Origin: an uncultured Desulfarculus sp.
GTDB taxonomy: Bacteria; Desulfobacterota; Desulfarculia; Desulfarculales; Desulfarculaceae
Direction of reading: 5' to 3'
Length of the DNA stretch: 64,000 nucleotides
Assembly: GCA_963665125.2 (NCBI GenBank)
Contig: CAXXUK010000001.1
Location: 864,001-928,000 of the forward strand
Positions 20,173 through 29,455 of this stretch are shown here, in pieces. Positions within the stretch are counted from its first letter, which is position 1, and the number at the start of each line of letters is the position of its first letter. The notes under the pieces were generated by a model, which saw nothing but the letters and a program-made list of their open reading frames with translations, made no database searches and had not been told where the DNA came from. The position numbers were made by a program, and so were the translations under genes.

Positions 20173-20937
20173 ATGGCTGACGGATCGACAGTAGGCCGCA
20201 TCGAGCTTGCCATAAGCCTGTCCGACGTTGTCAAACGCCGGGAAAAGGGCGGTGTGGCCTTTGAGCTGCACGTGCCCGCCATGCGGGTTCACCGGGGCCA
20301 GTTCGTGGCCCTGGTGGGCGCCAGCGGCTGCGGCAAATCGACGCTGTTGGACATGCTCGGCCTGGTGCTACGGCCCACTTCGGCGGCGGAATTCCGGGTC
20401 TGGGCCCAGCGCGGCGCCGAGCCCGGCTGGCGGGACGTAACCGCCCTCAGCGAGCGGGGCCTGGCCTTGTTGCGCAAGGCCAATATCGGCTATGTCCTGC
20501 AAACCGGCGGCCTGCTGCCGTTCTTGAGCGTTCGGGACAACATCACCCTGACCCGCAGGCTCAATGGCCTGCCCAAGGATCACCAGGGCGTGGAAAAGCT
20601 GGCCCGGCGGTTGGGCATCGCCGAACAGCTGGCCAAGAAACCGGCCCACCTGTCAGGCGGCCAACGCCAAAGGGCGGCCATTGCCAGGGCCCTGGCCCAT
20701 CAGCCGTTTATCATCCTGGCCGACGAGCCCACCGCGGCGGTTGACCGCGAAACCGCCCTGGAGATCAGGGACCAGTTCCGGGAGATGGCCCAAAAAATGG
20801 GCGCCACGGTGCTTATGGTCACCCACGACCAGGAATTGGTGCGGCCCATTGCCAACCGCGTGTTCACCTTCGAGGTCCAGCGGCCATCGGCGGAGCTGAC
20901 CGTCTCGCGACTGGTGGAGGACCTCGATGGCCGCTGA
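20173..20937 (+). CDS. ABC transporter ATPase (TagT/LolD-like)
   Basis: GASGCGKS, IGYVLQTGGLLPFL, LSGGQRQR, LADEPT. Confidence 0.9.
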   Translation: MADGSTVGRIELAISLSDVVKRREKGGVAFELHVPAMRVHRGQFVALVGASGCGKSTLLDMLGLVLRPTSAAEFRVWAQRGAEPGWRDVTALSERGLALLRKANIGYVLQTGGLLPFLSVRDNITLTRRLNGLPKDHQGVEKLARRLGIAEQLAKKPAHLSGGQRQRAAIARALAHQPFIILADEPTAAVDRETALEIRDQFREMAQKMGATVLMVTHDQELVRPIANRVFTFEVQRPSAELTVSRLVEDLDGR

Positions 20938-22789
20938 GCACACCAAGCGAATGCCAGCGGGCATGGTGTTGCGTCTGGCCCGGGCGGACCTGATGCATGA
21001 ATGGGTGCTGAGCATGTGCCTGGTGCTGGCCGTGGCGGCCATTTTGTCGCCGCTGCTGCTGCTGTTCGGGCTGAAGTTCGGCACCATCGAGACCCTGCGC
21101 CACCGGCTTATCGAAGACCCCCGCAACCGCGAAATACGGCCCATGACCAGCCAATCCTACAGCCTGGAGTGGCTGGAAAAGATGGCCGCCCGGGCCGATG
21201 TGGCCTTTGTGATCCCCAACACCCGCACCCTGTCGGCCAACGTGGACGCGGCCAAGCCCGGCGGCAAGTCCGTGACCCTGGACGTGGTGCCCACCGCTCC
21301 GGGCGATCCCTTGATCGCCGAAAACGGCGCGCCCGTGCCCGGCAAGGGCCAGTGCGTGCTCAGCCAGTTGGCGGCCGAGGCCATGGGCGCGGCGACCGGC
21401 GACAAGATCACCATCACGGCCAAGCGCCTTCGCGGCTCAAACTATGAAAACGCCCAGGTGGAACTAAGCGTTGTCGGTGTGCTGGACGCCAGGGCCACGG
21501 CGCTCAAATCGGTGTACATGCCCCTGGACATGCTGGAGGCCGTTGAAAATTACAAGGACGGCCAGGCCGTGCCCGAGTTGGGTTGGCCGGGCGAACAGCC
21601 TTTGGCCTATCCGCTGTTCGACGGGGCCGTGGTTGTCATGCCCGAGGCCCTGGGCAGGCTCGACGAGTTCAAACTGATCAGCGGTACGGGCCTGAGCAAG
21701 ATAGAGCGCATCAACGCGGCCCAGCTACGGGAAACGGCGGGATACGCCCTGCCTCCGGACATGGCCGTTTATCTGGTGTCCACCCTGCGCAGTCCGGTGA
21801 ACCTGCAGAGCCTGGAGGCTGTCAAACACCGCCTACGGGGCCGCAATGCCGTGATCCTTCCCTGGATCAAGCCCATCGAGGTCAGGCTGCTGGACAAGGA
21901 CGGCAAGCCTCTGGCCACCCTGAACCTCAGGGCCCTGGGCCGGGCCGCAACCTTGGACAGCGAAGAGGTCCGGATCGACCCGCCGCCGCCCTGGCAGCCC
22001 GTGGCCGAGGCCGAACCCGTGCCGCGGCTGCTGATGGCCCCTGCCGATCTGCCGGAGGGCCAAGGGCCTTACAGTCTGCTTTACCAGAACGGCAAACACG
22101 AACTACGCTTTCCCGTTGAACTGGCTCCGGCCAGGGCCCCGTCCGGGCTGGCCTTCGCACCGCCCCGGCTGGCCGGCGTATTGCGCCTGGCCACCACCCG
22201 CAATATCCTTTTCGAGGCCGATGCGGGCGGCTTTGTTTTGGCCCGGCGGGGCTATGCCTCGTTCAGGCTGTATGCCTCCACCATCGACGACGTGGCCGGG
22301 CTCAGACAATACTTCAACGAGCAGGGGATAAACGTCAATACCGAGGCCCAGCGTATCCGTGACGTGACCCAACTGGACAAGTATCTGAGTCTTATCTTCT
22401 GGCTCATCGCCGTTGTGGGGCTCATCGGCGGGGCGGCGGCCCTGACGGCCAGCCTCTACGCCTCGGTGGAGCGCAAGCAAAAGGAACTCAGCGTGCTGCG
22501 GCTGCTGGGCCTGCCCATGGGCGCGTTGTTGCGCTTCCCATTGTACCAGGGCCTGTTCATAGCCGGCGGCGGCCTGCTCATCGCCCTGGGCGTGTTCCAC
22601 GGCCTGGCATACACAATCAATACATTGTTCAAGGCCCATTTGGCCGCCTCCGAGAGCCTGTGCCGCCTGCCCTGGGATCACGCGGCCATGGCCTGCGGCG
22701 GCGTTTTGGCCCTGGCCGTATTGGCCAGCGTGGCTGCTGCCTTGCGCACAACCCGTATCGATCCCGCGGAGGCTCTGCGTGATGAATAA
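20927..22789 (+). CDS. ABC transporter permease (TagS/FtsX-MacB family)
   Basis: PLLLLFGLKFG, large periplasmic domain, YASFRLYA, VERKQKELSVLRLLG, IDPAEALRDE. Confidence 0.85.
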   Translation: MAAEHTKRMPAGMVLRLARADLMHEWVLSMCLVLAVAAILSPLLLLFGLKFGTIETLRHRLIEDPRNREIRPMTSQSYSLEWLEKMAARADVAFVIPNTRTLSANVDAAKPGGKSVTLDVVPTAPGDPLIAENGAPVPGKGQCVLSQLAAEAMGAATGDKITITAKRLRGSNYENAQVELSVVGVLDARATALKSVYMPLDMLEAVENYKDGQAVPELGWPGEQPLAYPLFDGAVVVMPEALGRLDEFKLISGTGLSKIERINAAQLRETAGYALPPDMAVYLVSTLRSPVNLQSLEAVKHRLRGRNAVILPWIKPIEVRLLDKDGKPLATLNLRALGRAATLDSEEVRIDPPPPWQPVAEAEPVPRLLMAPADLPEGQGPYSLLYQNGKHELRFPVELAPARAPSGLAFAPPRLAGVLRLATTRNILFEADAGGFVLARRGYASFRLYASTIDDVAGLRQYFNEQGINVNTEAQRIRDVTQLDKYLSLIFWLIAVVGLIGGAAALTASLYASVERKQKELSVLRLLGLPMGALLRFPLYQGLFIAGGGLLIALGVFHGLAYTINTLFKAHLAASESLCRLPWDHAAMACGGVLALAVLASVAAALRTTRIDPAEALRDE

Positions 22790-24380
22790 ATACCTTGCCT
22801 CGATCATTACCGTTTTGCTGGCTCTGTGCCTGGCCGCGCCGGTGCTGGCCGCCGATCCGTCCAATCCCAAACCGGCCCAGGGCGACTTGAGCCTGCCCCT
22901 GCCGGGCGGTGGGGCAATGGCTTTCCGGCCGGTGTACATCGGCGAAGGTGGCGGGCCGTTCGCCCAGCGCAAGTTCATGGCTGGCGACCCGTTTGGCGGT
23001 TTCAAGGAGCACCCCACGTCCATGACCGTTGGCGGGGCTTTCCAAGGCAAGAGCGGCGCGGACGGAGACTGGCTCTATTACATGGGTAAATACGAGGTTA
23101 CCGAAGGCCAGTATTATGCGGTCATGGGCCTGCCCCAGGGCGCTTCGCAGGATCTCTTGAAGAGCAACAAGCCCATCACCGGGGTTAGTTGGTTCGACGC
23201 CAGCCAGTTCGTGGATAAATACAACCTGTGGCTGTTTGCCAACGCCCAGGACAAGCTGCCCCAAAACAATGGCGTGCCGGGGTTTGTGCGCCTGCCCAGC
23301 GAGGCTGAGTGGGAATTCGCGGCCAGGGGCGGCGCGGCGGTATCGGCCGACGACTTTGACCTGCGCCAACCCTACAAGATCGATCTTGTACGTTGCGAGT
23401 GGTTTTCCGGCCCTACGAGCTCCCACAATAAGCTCCAGGAGATAGGCCTCTTGGAGCCCAACCCCCTGGGCCTGCACGACATGCTGGGCAATGTCTCGGA
23501 AATGACCCATTCGCTGTATCACGTGGAGTATTACCAGGGCCGTAGCGGCGGCTTTGCGGCCAGGGGCGGCAATTTCTATACGTCCCAAGACAAACTGCGC
23601 TCGTCCATGCGCTCGGAGGAGCCGTTCTACATCGGCAACGCCAAGAGCGGCCTCAAGCCCAACGCCAAATCCACCCTGGGCCTGCGTCTGATGATCAGCT
23701 CGGTGGTGTTTTCCAACCTCAAGGTTGTGCGAGAGATGTCTGACGAGTGGGACATCTATCGCAAGGGCAAGGGCGCGGATCTGCCCGCGGCGGTTTCCGT
23801 GGGCCCGGCCAGCAAAAAGACCGGCCTCACCGAAAGCCAGGCCATGACGCATTTGCAGCGCCTCAAGGAGGAACTGGGCCCGGACAAGCTCAGCGAGACG
23901 GCCAAGCAGGAGATCGGCCGCCTGGAAGCCGCCTTGAGCGACATCCGCTTCATCCGCCGCCAGGCAGAAGAGGATTCGGCCTTTGCCTGGGCCAAGATAT
24001 CCGGCGAGAGGGGCTACTTTTTATACAATCAACTGAAAAAATTGCCCACCGTGGAGAGTCTTAAAAACATAGCTGAAAAGGCCGGGCGCACAACCATGGT
24101 TGGCAAATACGAGACCCTGATCGAGGAAATGAACGCCAATGTGAAGGACGCCCTGGCCACGTTGTCGGACTCATACCGCCAGTTGGACAATATCAGCCCC
24201 GATGCGGTTACGGCAGGCTTTGACAAATACACCAAATTTTTGGTAGAGCATCAGGCATCCAGGCAACTTAGAGTGCTCAAGCTGGTGCGGGAGCAATATA
24301 CGGCGTTCAACAAGGAAAAGCGCGCCGATCAGCAACAATGGACCGAACAGTTCAAGGAACTGAGCCAGACCATAAAATAG
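22782..24380 (+). CDS. FGE-sulfatase (SUMF1)-domain exported protein, TagR-like
   Basis: Signal peptide; LPLPGGGAMAFRPV, GKYEVT, RLPSEAEWEFAARGG, PNPLGLHDMLGNVSE. Confidence 0.85.
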   Translation: MNKYLASIITVLLALCLAAPVLAADPSNPKPAQGDLSLPLPGGGAMAFRPVYIGEGGGPFAQRKFMAGDPFGGFKEHPTSMTVGGAFQGKSGADGDWLYYMGKYEVTEGQYYAVMGLPQGASQDLLKSNKPITGVSWFDASQFVDKYNLWLFANAQDKLPQNNGVPGFVRLPSEAEWEFAARGGAAVSADDFDLRQPYKIDLVRCEWFSGPTSSHNKLQEIGLLEPNPLGLHDMLGNVSEMTHSLYHVEYYQGRSGGFAARGGNFYTSQDKLRSSMRSEEPFYIGNAKSGLKPNAKSTLGLRLMISSVVFSNLKVVREMSDEWDIYRKGKGADLPAAVSVGPASKKTGLTESQAMTHLQRLKEELGPDKLSETAKQEIGRLEAALSDIRFIRRQAEEDSAFAWAKISGERGYFLYNQLKKLPTVESLKNIAEKAGRTTMVGKYETLIEEMNANVKDALATLSDSYRQLDNISPDAVTAGFDKYTKFLVEHQASRQLRVLKLVREQYTAFNKEKRADQQQWTEQFKELSQTIK

Positions 24381-24480
24381 GACGGATTCTATTTACCTGT
24401 TTGGTACGATGGTTTTAAAATGTAAATATACGGCCGGGCTGCAACCGGTTGTTACAGCATATGAATCGGGGAGAATAAAA

Positions 24481-25152
24481 ATGAAAAAAATCGGAGTGTT
24501 GCTCTTGGTGGGTCTGTTCGCCATCACCAGCGTGGGCGGCTGTACCAACATCAAGGACGACCAAACCCGCACCAAAACCGAAGGCACGGCTGTTGGCGCC
24601 GGAGCCGGCGCCATCATCGGCGGTCTTTTAGGTCAGCTTATCGGTGGCGACACGGCAGGAACCCTGATCGGCGCGGCCGTTGGCGCCCTGGCCGGTTCGG
24701 CGGCGGGCTATGCCTATGGCTCCCACGTGGCCAATGAAAAGTCCAAGTATGCCAAGCGCGAGGACTGGCTTAATGCCTGTATCGCCAGCGCTCAAAAGGT
24801 CAACGCAGACACCAGAGCTTATAACGACCAACTGGCCAAGCAGGTGCAAAAGCTTGACACCGAAACCAAGGCTCTGGCCATGGCCTATCAAAAGAGACAG
24901 GTGAAGTCCTCTCAGCTTGCCGCCGAAAAGCAAAAGGTTGACAAGCAGATGGCCGCGGCCAAGGACAAGCTCGACAGGGCAAAGGCAGAGTTGGATGTGC
25001 AGGAAAAGGTTTTGGCAGACGCCGAGGAAAACGGAAACAAGAAGCACGCTGCGGCCTTGGACAAGCAGATCGAACAGCTTAAGGCCCAGATAGGCGAGCT
25101 CGAAGGCCATACCGAGTCCCTGGCCTCCATTTCGGCCCGTATGTCTGTCTAG
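24481..25152 (+). CDS. Glycine-zipper lipoprotein with coiled coil (TagQ-like by position and architecture)
   Basis: GGAG RBS; lipobox-like VGGC; GTAVGAGAGAIIGGLLG..GAAVGALAG glycine zipper; long coiled coil. Confidence 0.75.
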   Translation: MKKIGVLLLVGLFAITSVGGCTNIKDDQTRTKTEGTAVGAGAGAIIGGLLGQLIGGDTAGTLIGAAVGALAGSAAGYAYGSHVANEKSKYAKREDWLNACIASAQKVNADTRAYNDQLAKQVQKLDTETKALAMAYQKRQVKSSQLAAEKQKVDKQMAAAKDKLDRAKAELDVQEKVLADAEENGNKKHAAALDKQIEQLKAQIGELEGHTESLASISARMSV

Positions 25153-25198
25153 ATTTCTCTGGGCCGCAAGACAAGGCCCTGCACTTTGGAGGTGGGAT

Positions 25199-25693
25199 TT
25201 GTTGAAAAAGTTGACCCCGGTAATACTGGTTTGCCTGGCCCTGGTGGCCGGATGCGCCACTACTGACGATCCGCACGCAGGCGGATTGTTCAGTTACAAC
25301 CCCGAAGCCTATCAAAAGCGCGTACAGACCAGGGAACAGCAGCTACAGGCCGAAGAACAGCAAAAGGCTCAGAATCAGCAGACCGCGGCATATCTGCAAA
25401 AGCAAAAGGCCGCCAAGGAAGCCGAGAAAAAAGCCCTTAATAAAAAAATCGCCGAACTTGACAGCAAGGTTGCCAAGGCCGAGTACGATATCCGCAAGGT
25501 GAAGTTGGACACCGAGGCCAAGAAGGCCGAATTCGAACGGATATCCGGTAGGTTGCAACAGGTAAAATCCGATATCACCAGCATCAAGAATTCGAAATCG
25601 CCTGAGAACGAGGCCAAGGTCAAAGAGGCGAAGCGCCTTGAAAAGAAGCTTGATTCCCTCTTGGAAGAAGCCGAAGCCCTTAGCCGCATGTAA
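25199..25693 (+). CDS. Coiled-coil lipoprotein
   Basis: GGAGG RBS, TTG start; lipobox LVAGC; DPHAGGLFSYNP then Lys/Glu/Gln-rich coiled coil. Confidence 0.8.
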   Translation: MLKKLTPVILVCLALVAGCATTDDPHAGGLFSYNPEAYQKRVQTREQQLQAEEQQKAQNQQTAAYLQKQKAAKEAEKKALNKKIAELDSKVAKAEYDIRKVKLDTEAKKAEFERISGRLQQVKSDITSIKNSKSPENEAKVKEAKRLEKKLDSLLEEAEALSRM

Positions 25694-25699
25694 AAGGTT

Positions 25700-25730
25700 T
25701 GCGGCCCGGTCCCAACAAGGCCGGGCCGCA
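25700..25730. terminator. Intergenic hairpin (possible internal terminator or mRNA stabiliser)
   Basis: TGCGGCCCGG..CCGGGCCGCA. Confidence 0.4.
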
Positions 25731-25741
25731 TTATACGTCAT

Positions 25742-26884
25742 ATGATTTCCCATAAACTTGCCAAGGCTTTATTGGCCGCAATTCTGGTTCTTTGCGTCAC
25801 CATGGCCGCTTATGCGCGGGACGCATCCTGGACCGGGGACGACGCGGCCTTGATTTATTTTGAAGCACTGACAGCGGTGCAAAAAAACGCATTGCATGTC
25901 CCGGATTCCATGGCCTTTACCCAAAACGCCCTGCGTGCGGCCCTCAAAGGCATTGACCAGTACAGCGATTATTGGCCTCCCGCCGAGTATCAGGCCTTCA
26001 AGGAGGCCAACAGCCCCAAATACGCCGGTGTGGGCATGGATATCTGGCGCGCCCGCAACGGCGATATCGTTTGCATACCGCATCCCGACGGTCCTGCTGA
26101 AAAGGCCGGGGTGCAATACGGTGACGTGCTGGTAGCTGTTGACGGCAAAACAGTGTCCGGCGCCGACTTCTACCTGACCGGGGCCATGATCAGGGGAGAG
26201 CAGGGCCAGCCTGTGACCCTGAAGCTGCGCCGTGGCGACCAGACCGTTGATCTGGCAATTGACCGCCACAAGCTGGATTACCCTTCGGTGCAGATGGCCA
26301 ACCAGGGCAGTCTGCCACGCATGAGGGTCTGGCGCTTCAGCGCCCACACTGCCAAACAGATGGCTGAGGCCCTGAAACAACTGCCCCTCAAAACACCGCT
26401 GATCATTGATCTGCGGGGCAACGTGGGTGGAGACCTGATGTCTGCCATTGACGCGGCGGCATTGTTTCTGCCGCAAGGCGCGGCCATCATCACCAAACGC
26501 CAAAAGAGCGAGGCAACGCGCTACAGAGTGACCAAACCGCCGGAAGACCCCAAGCGGCGCATTTTTATCTGGCAGGACGACCTGACGGCCAGCGCGGCCG
26601 AGGTGTTCACCGCGGCCCTGACCCAAAACAACCGCGCCAAGTCCGTGGGTACAACCACCTTTGGCAAGGGCGTGGCCCAAAACATAATCGAACTTTCCGA
26701 TGGATCGGCGGTATTGATCACCTATGCCGACTTGATTCCGCCTTCGGGAAAGGCCTATCATGGGCAGGGCTTGCCGCCTGATATCGAATTGAAATCCGGC
26801 GCAACAGGTTCCGACAGAGATTATGCCCTGGTCACAGCATTGGCCATGAGCAATACACCAGTGGGCACAACAGAGGAAAAATAA
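25742..26884 (+). CDS. S41-family C-terminal processing peptidase with PDZ domain
   Basis: Signal peptide; GVG PDZ motif, GPAEKAGV, IIDLRGNVGG, TASAAE (catalytic Ser), TFGKG (catalytic Lys). Confidence 0.9.
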   Translation: MISHKLAKALLAAILVLCVTMAAYARDASWTGDDAALIYFEALTAVQKNALHVPDSMAFTQNALRAALKGIDQYSDYWPPAEYQAFKEANSPKYAGVGMDIWRARNGDIVCIPHPDGPAEKAGVQYGDVLVAVDGKTVSGADFYLTGAMIRGEQGQPVTLKLRRGDQTVDLAIDRHKLDYPSVQMANQGSLPRMRVWRFSAHTAKQMAEALKQLPLKTPLIIDLRGNVGGDLMSAIDAAALFLPQGAAIITKRQKSEATRYRVTKPPEDPKRRIFIWQDDLTASAAEVFTAALTQNNRAKSVGTTTFGKGVAQNIIELSDGSAVLITYADLIPPSGKAYHGQGLPPDIELKSGATGSDRDYALVTALAMSNTPVGTTEEK

Positions 26885-26885
26885 A

Positions 26886-27329
26886 ATGCGCAAGCTGATC
26901 TGTTTGTTGATGTTGGTTTCGTTATTGGGTGTTACTTCTATCGCCATGGCCCAGCAGCCGGATGGTGAAAAAATGACCAGGGAACTGTGGGCGGCAATGA
27001 AAGCCACCGACATGCCGGCTCTGGAAATACTTATTGCCGAGGGCTTTCAAAGCGTCCACTGCGACGGTCACAGCGACCGGCAGGGCGAATTAGATATTCT
27101 CAAAAAACTCAAGCCCAAGGATGTGGTTCTCAGCGACTTCAACGTAACCTCCGTGAGTGACAGCGTCATCATTGTCACCTACCGCGTGGGAGTGGCCGAA
27201 ACCATCAAGGGCGAGCGCTTGGCCGACCACGCCTTCCCCCGCATGAGCGTTTTCGTTAAAACCGACAAGGGCTGGCAATGGGCCGCCCACGCCAACCCCA
27301 GGCCCTTGGCTGCGTGCGTGATTAAGTGA
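26886..27329 (+). CDS. Exported NTF2-like (DUF4440-type) protein
   Basis: Signal peptide; helix-helix-beta pattern ending RMSVFVKTDKGWQWAAH. Confidence 0.7.
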   Translation: MRKLICLLMLVSLLGVTSIAMAQQPDGEKMTRELWAAMKATDMPALEILIAEGFQSVHCDGHSDRQGELDILKKLKPKDVVLSDFNVTSVSDSVIIVTYRVGVAETIKGERLADHAFPRMSVFVKTDKGWQWAAHANPRPLAACVIK

Positions 27330-27335
27330 GACTTT

Positions 27336-27590
27336 TGGGGGAAACCTTTTTCTTTTGGCTACAAAAGAAAAAGGTTTCCCCCAGCCCCCCTTCCAAAAAG
27401 AAAACCGCATGCGCAATTGATTTGGCCTTCAGCCAAATCAATTGCGCCGTTTAAGCCGATACTTCCGGGTTTGCCATGGCGGTCGCAACACCGGAAAAAT
27501 GACCGTTTATCAATCGGCGGCGCAGCCGGCAATTGATAAACGGCGAAGTTTTTTTGGGGTGTGGGGGGCTTTTTGAAAAAAGCCCCCCAC
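27336..27590. repeat. Cluster of palindromic elements (copy B 27336-27447, copy C 27495-27590, head to head) between convergent genes
   Basis: Perfect 22-bp stem 27336-27383, perfect 16-bp stem 27411-27447, further stems 27463-27496, 27503-27543 and 27561-27590. Confidence 0.8.
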
Positions 27591-27600
27591 GTTGTTAAAT

Positions 27601-28974
27601 CTACTTAAAGCAGCAGAAGATGCGGTTTTCGAGAATTTCGACCTTGTCGTTGAGGAACCGGGCGTTGTATCCGGCGTTGCGCAGGATGTTATAGGCCATC
27701 TCGGCGCGCAGGCCGGTGCGGCAATGGGTGATGATTTCCTTGTCCTTGGGGACTTCCGCGAGCCTGGAGCTAAGTTCATCCACAGGGATGTTGACTGCGC
27801 CGGGCAGCATGCCGCCGGCCGTTTCGGCTCCGGTGCGCACGTCTAGGATAAGCTTGTCCGGGGGCTTGTTGTTGACGATGTTCATGAACTCGTCACCGAC
27901 GATTTCGCCGGGGTGGGGCCTGGGCAGGTAGAATATCTTGGTGCTGACCAGGTCTTTCTGTATGGGCTTGTTGCCCTTGACCCAGCCTTTATAGCCGCCG
28001 CTCAGCACCGCGACATTGGCATAGCCCCAACTGGATATGGTCTTGGCCACTTCCTTGAGGGTGTCCATGTTGGTGTCATCGCCATAAAGGATGATATAGG
28101 CTTTGCGGTCCAGTGGGAACTGTTCGCGCTGGGCGGGGATCTCAGCAGCGGCGATTGCCACCGCGCCTTGGATGTGACCCTTCTTGGCGGCCTCGACTCC
28201 TCGTGTGTCGATGACTACGATATAGCCCAACAGGGAGCCTACGAATTTGGTGGTGGTAATGACCGGAAGCCCCGCCTTTTTCCATGCGGGCATGCCTGCG
28301 TGATAGACCTTGACGTTAGTGTAACCGTTCTTTTCCGCCAACCTGGCGGCCATGGGTGAGAGCACTCATCTGAAGCCCCCGCAGTAGAAGATTACCAGCT
28401 CGGACTTGTCCTTGGGCAGGACGGAGGCCATCATCTGGGGCATTTTGGGGAAGGGCACGTTCACCGCGCCGGGGATATGACCTTCGTTAAATGGAGCAGG
28501 GGGGCGTGAGTCTATGAGTTTGAACTTGCCTTTTTCCTTGTCAGAGGCCAGCAGCTTGGCCAGTTCCTCGGTGCTGATGAGCTGCTTTTCTGGAACCTTG
28601 ATCTGAGGCTTGGCCTTGATGGCGGTGGCCACAAGGTCGGAACCTTGACGCACAAAAGTCACGGCAACGGGGATCGGCTTCTGCAAATCCTTGATGCTGG
28701 GGACGTTTTCCACGGTGGTGTCTTTGGTGAACTTGATGATTTGGATCTTGTCGCCGTTGGTTTGCACTGAAATGGATTTTGCCTTGTTGGAGCGGCTGAT
28801 GAAATCGCCGGCAACCAAGTTGGCCTCATTGGTAAATTCCGTATGGCACTTCAGGCATTTACCGGCCTTTAGATCGTCAGCGGCAAGGGATTGCCCCGTG
28901 CCAGCCAAAAAAACAGCAGCAAATACAGCCGCCAGAAAAGAGAGGAGATGTATCGTCTTTTTGCGTCCTATCAC
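27601..28974 (-). CDS. Periplasmic CxxCH + three-rhodanese-domain protein, probable selenoprotein (Sec at TGA 28366-28368), 457 aa
   Basis: The two track ORFs abut in frame; reads VIFYCGGFR-TGA-VLSPMAARLA inside one rhodanese domain; AGGAGG RBS, signal peptide, CLKCH, GHIPGA, HCRTGLRA. Confidence 0.85.
28335..28368 (-). promoter_or_regulatory. Putative bacterial SECIS element
   Basis: UGA followed 16 nt later by CCGCCA-GGU-UGGCGG; G-led apical loop 22 nt from UGA. Confidence 0.7.
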
Positions 28975-29132
28975 CTTGACCTCCTATAGAGATTAACGAT
29001 CAAAACAGCAATTAAGTATTGAAATAATTATAAGGCAACACCTCAGCAGGGCCATACGTAAAGTAAAACGATAGAAAAAAAGGGCAATGTGCCGTAGGCC
29101 ATAGCAAATGATCAGCAGACCCTTTTAAAATA

Positions 29133-29184
29133 TTGACAAGGATGAAATGTAATATCAGAATAACAGGAATGATAATTAATAGCA
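29133..29184 (+). promoter_or_regulatory. Putative sigma70 promoter with downstream Fur-family box
   Basis: TTGACA-N17-CAGAAT; TGATAAT-T-AATAGCA (29170-29184) matches 12/14 of TGATAAT-N-ATTATCA. Confidence 0.5.
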
Positions 29185-29199
29185 ATTAAGAGGGATGAA

Positions 29200-29370
29200 A
29201 TGTCGCAGAATATGCAAATGAACTGGAAATGCACCAACTGTGGTTACACGTTGGATGCTCCTAAGCCGCCCGAGCAGTGTCCGTCCTGCAAGGAAAAGTG
29301 CGATTTCGTTGACGTAACCTGCTACACGCCGGACTGCAAAGGGCCGGGCAGGGATGACCGCCTGGGTTAA
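29200..29370 (+). CDS. Small rubredoxin-like protein, 56 aa; below ORF-track cutoff
   Basis: Hand translation [64 protein letters not shown]. Confidence 0.85.
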   Translation: MSQNMQMNWKCTNCGYTLDAPKPPEQCPSCKEKCDFVDVTCYTPDCKGPGRDDRLG

Positions 29371-29455
29371 TGGGATGTCCTCGGCCGGTTCCTGAGCTAT
29401 GATGCTTTAAGAGAACGACTGTATTGAAATCAGAACCGGAACAAGAGAGCGGAAA

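Noticed and set aside
17972..27329. Type VI secretion system or Ser/Thr kinase call
   Set aside because: No kinase motifs in the vWA protein and no tss, vgrG, hcp, fha or pppA genes in the window
27336..27590. CRISPR array or integron attC sites
   Set aside because: No equal-length direct repeats with spacers, no cas genes or integrase, no cassette periodicity
27601..28974. Two separate genes or a nonsense pseudogene
   Set aside because: The TGA falls in frame within one rhodanese domain at a Cys-like position with a SECIS-like hairpin; Sec readthrough explains it better
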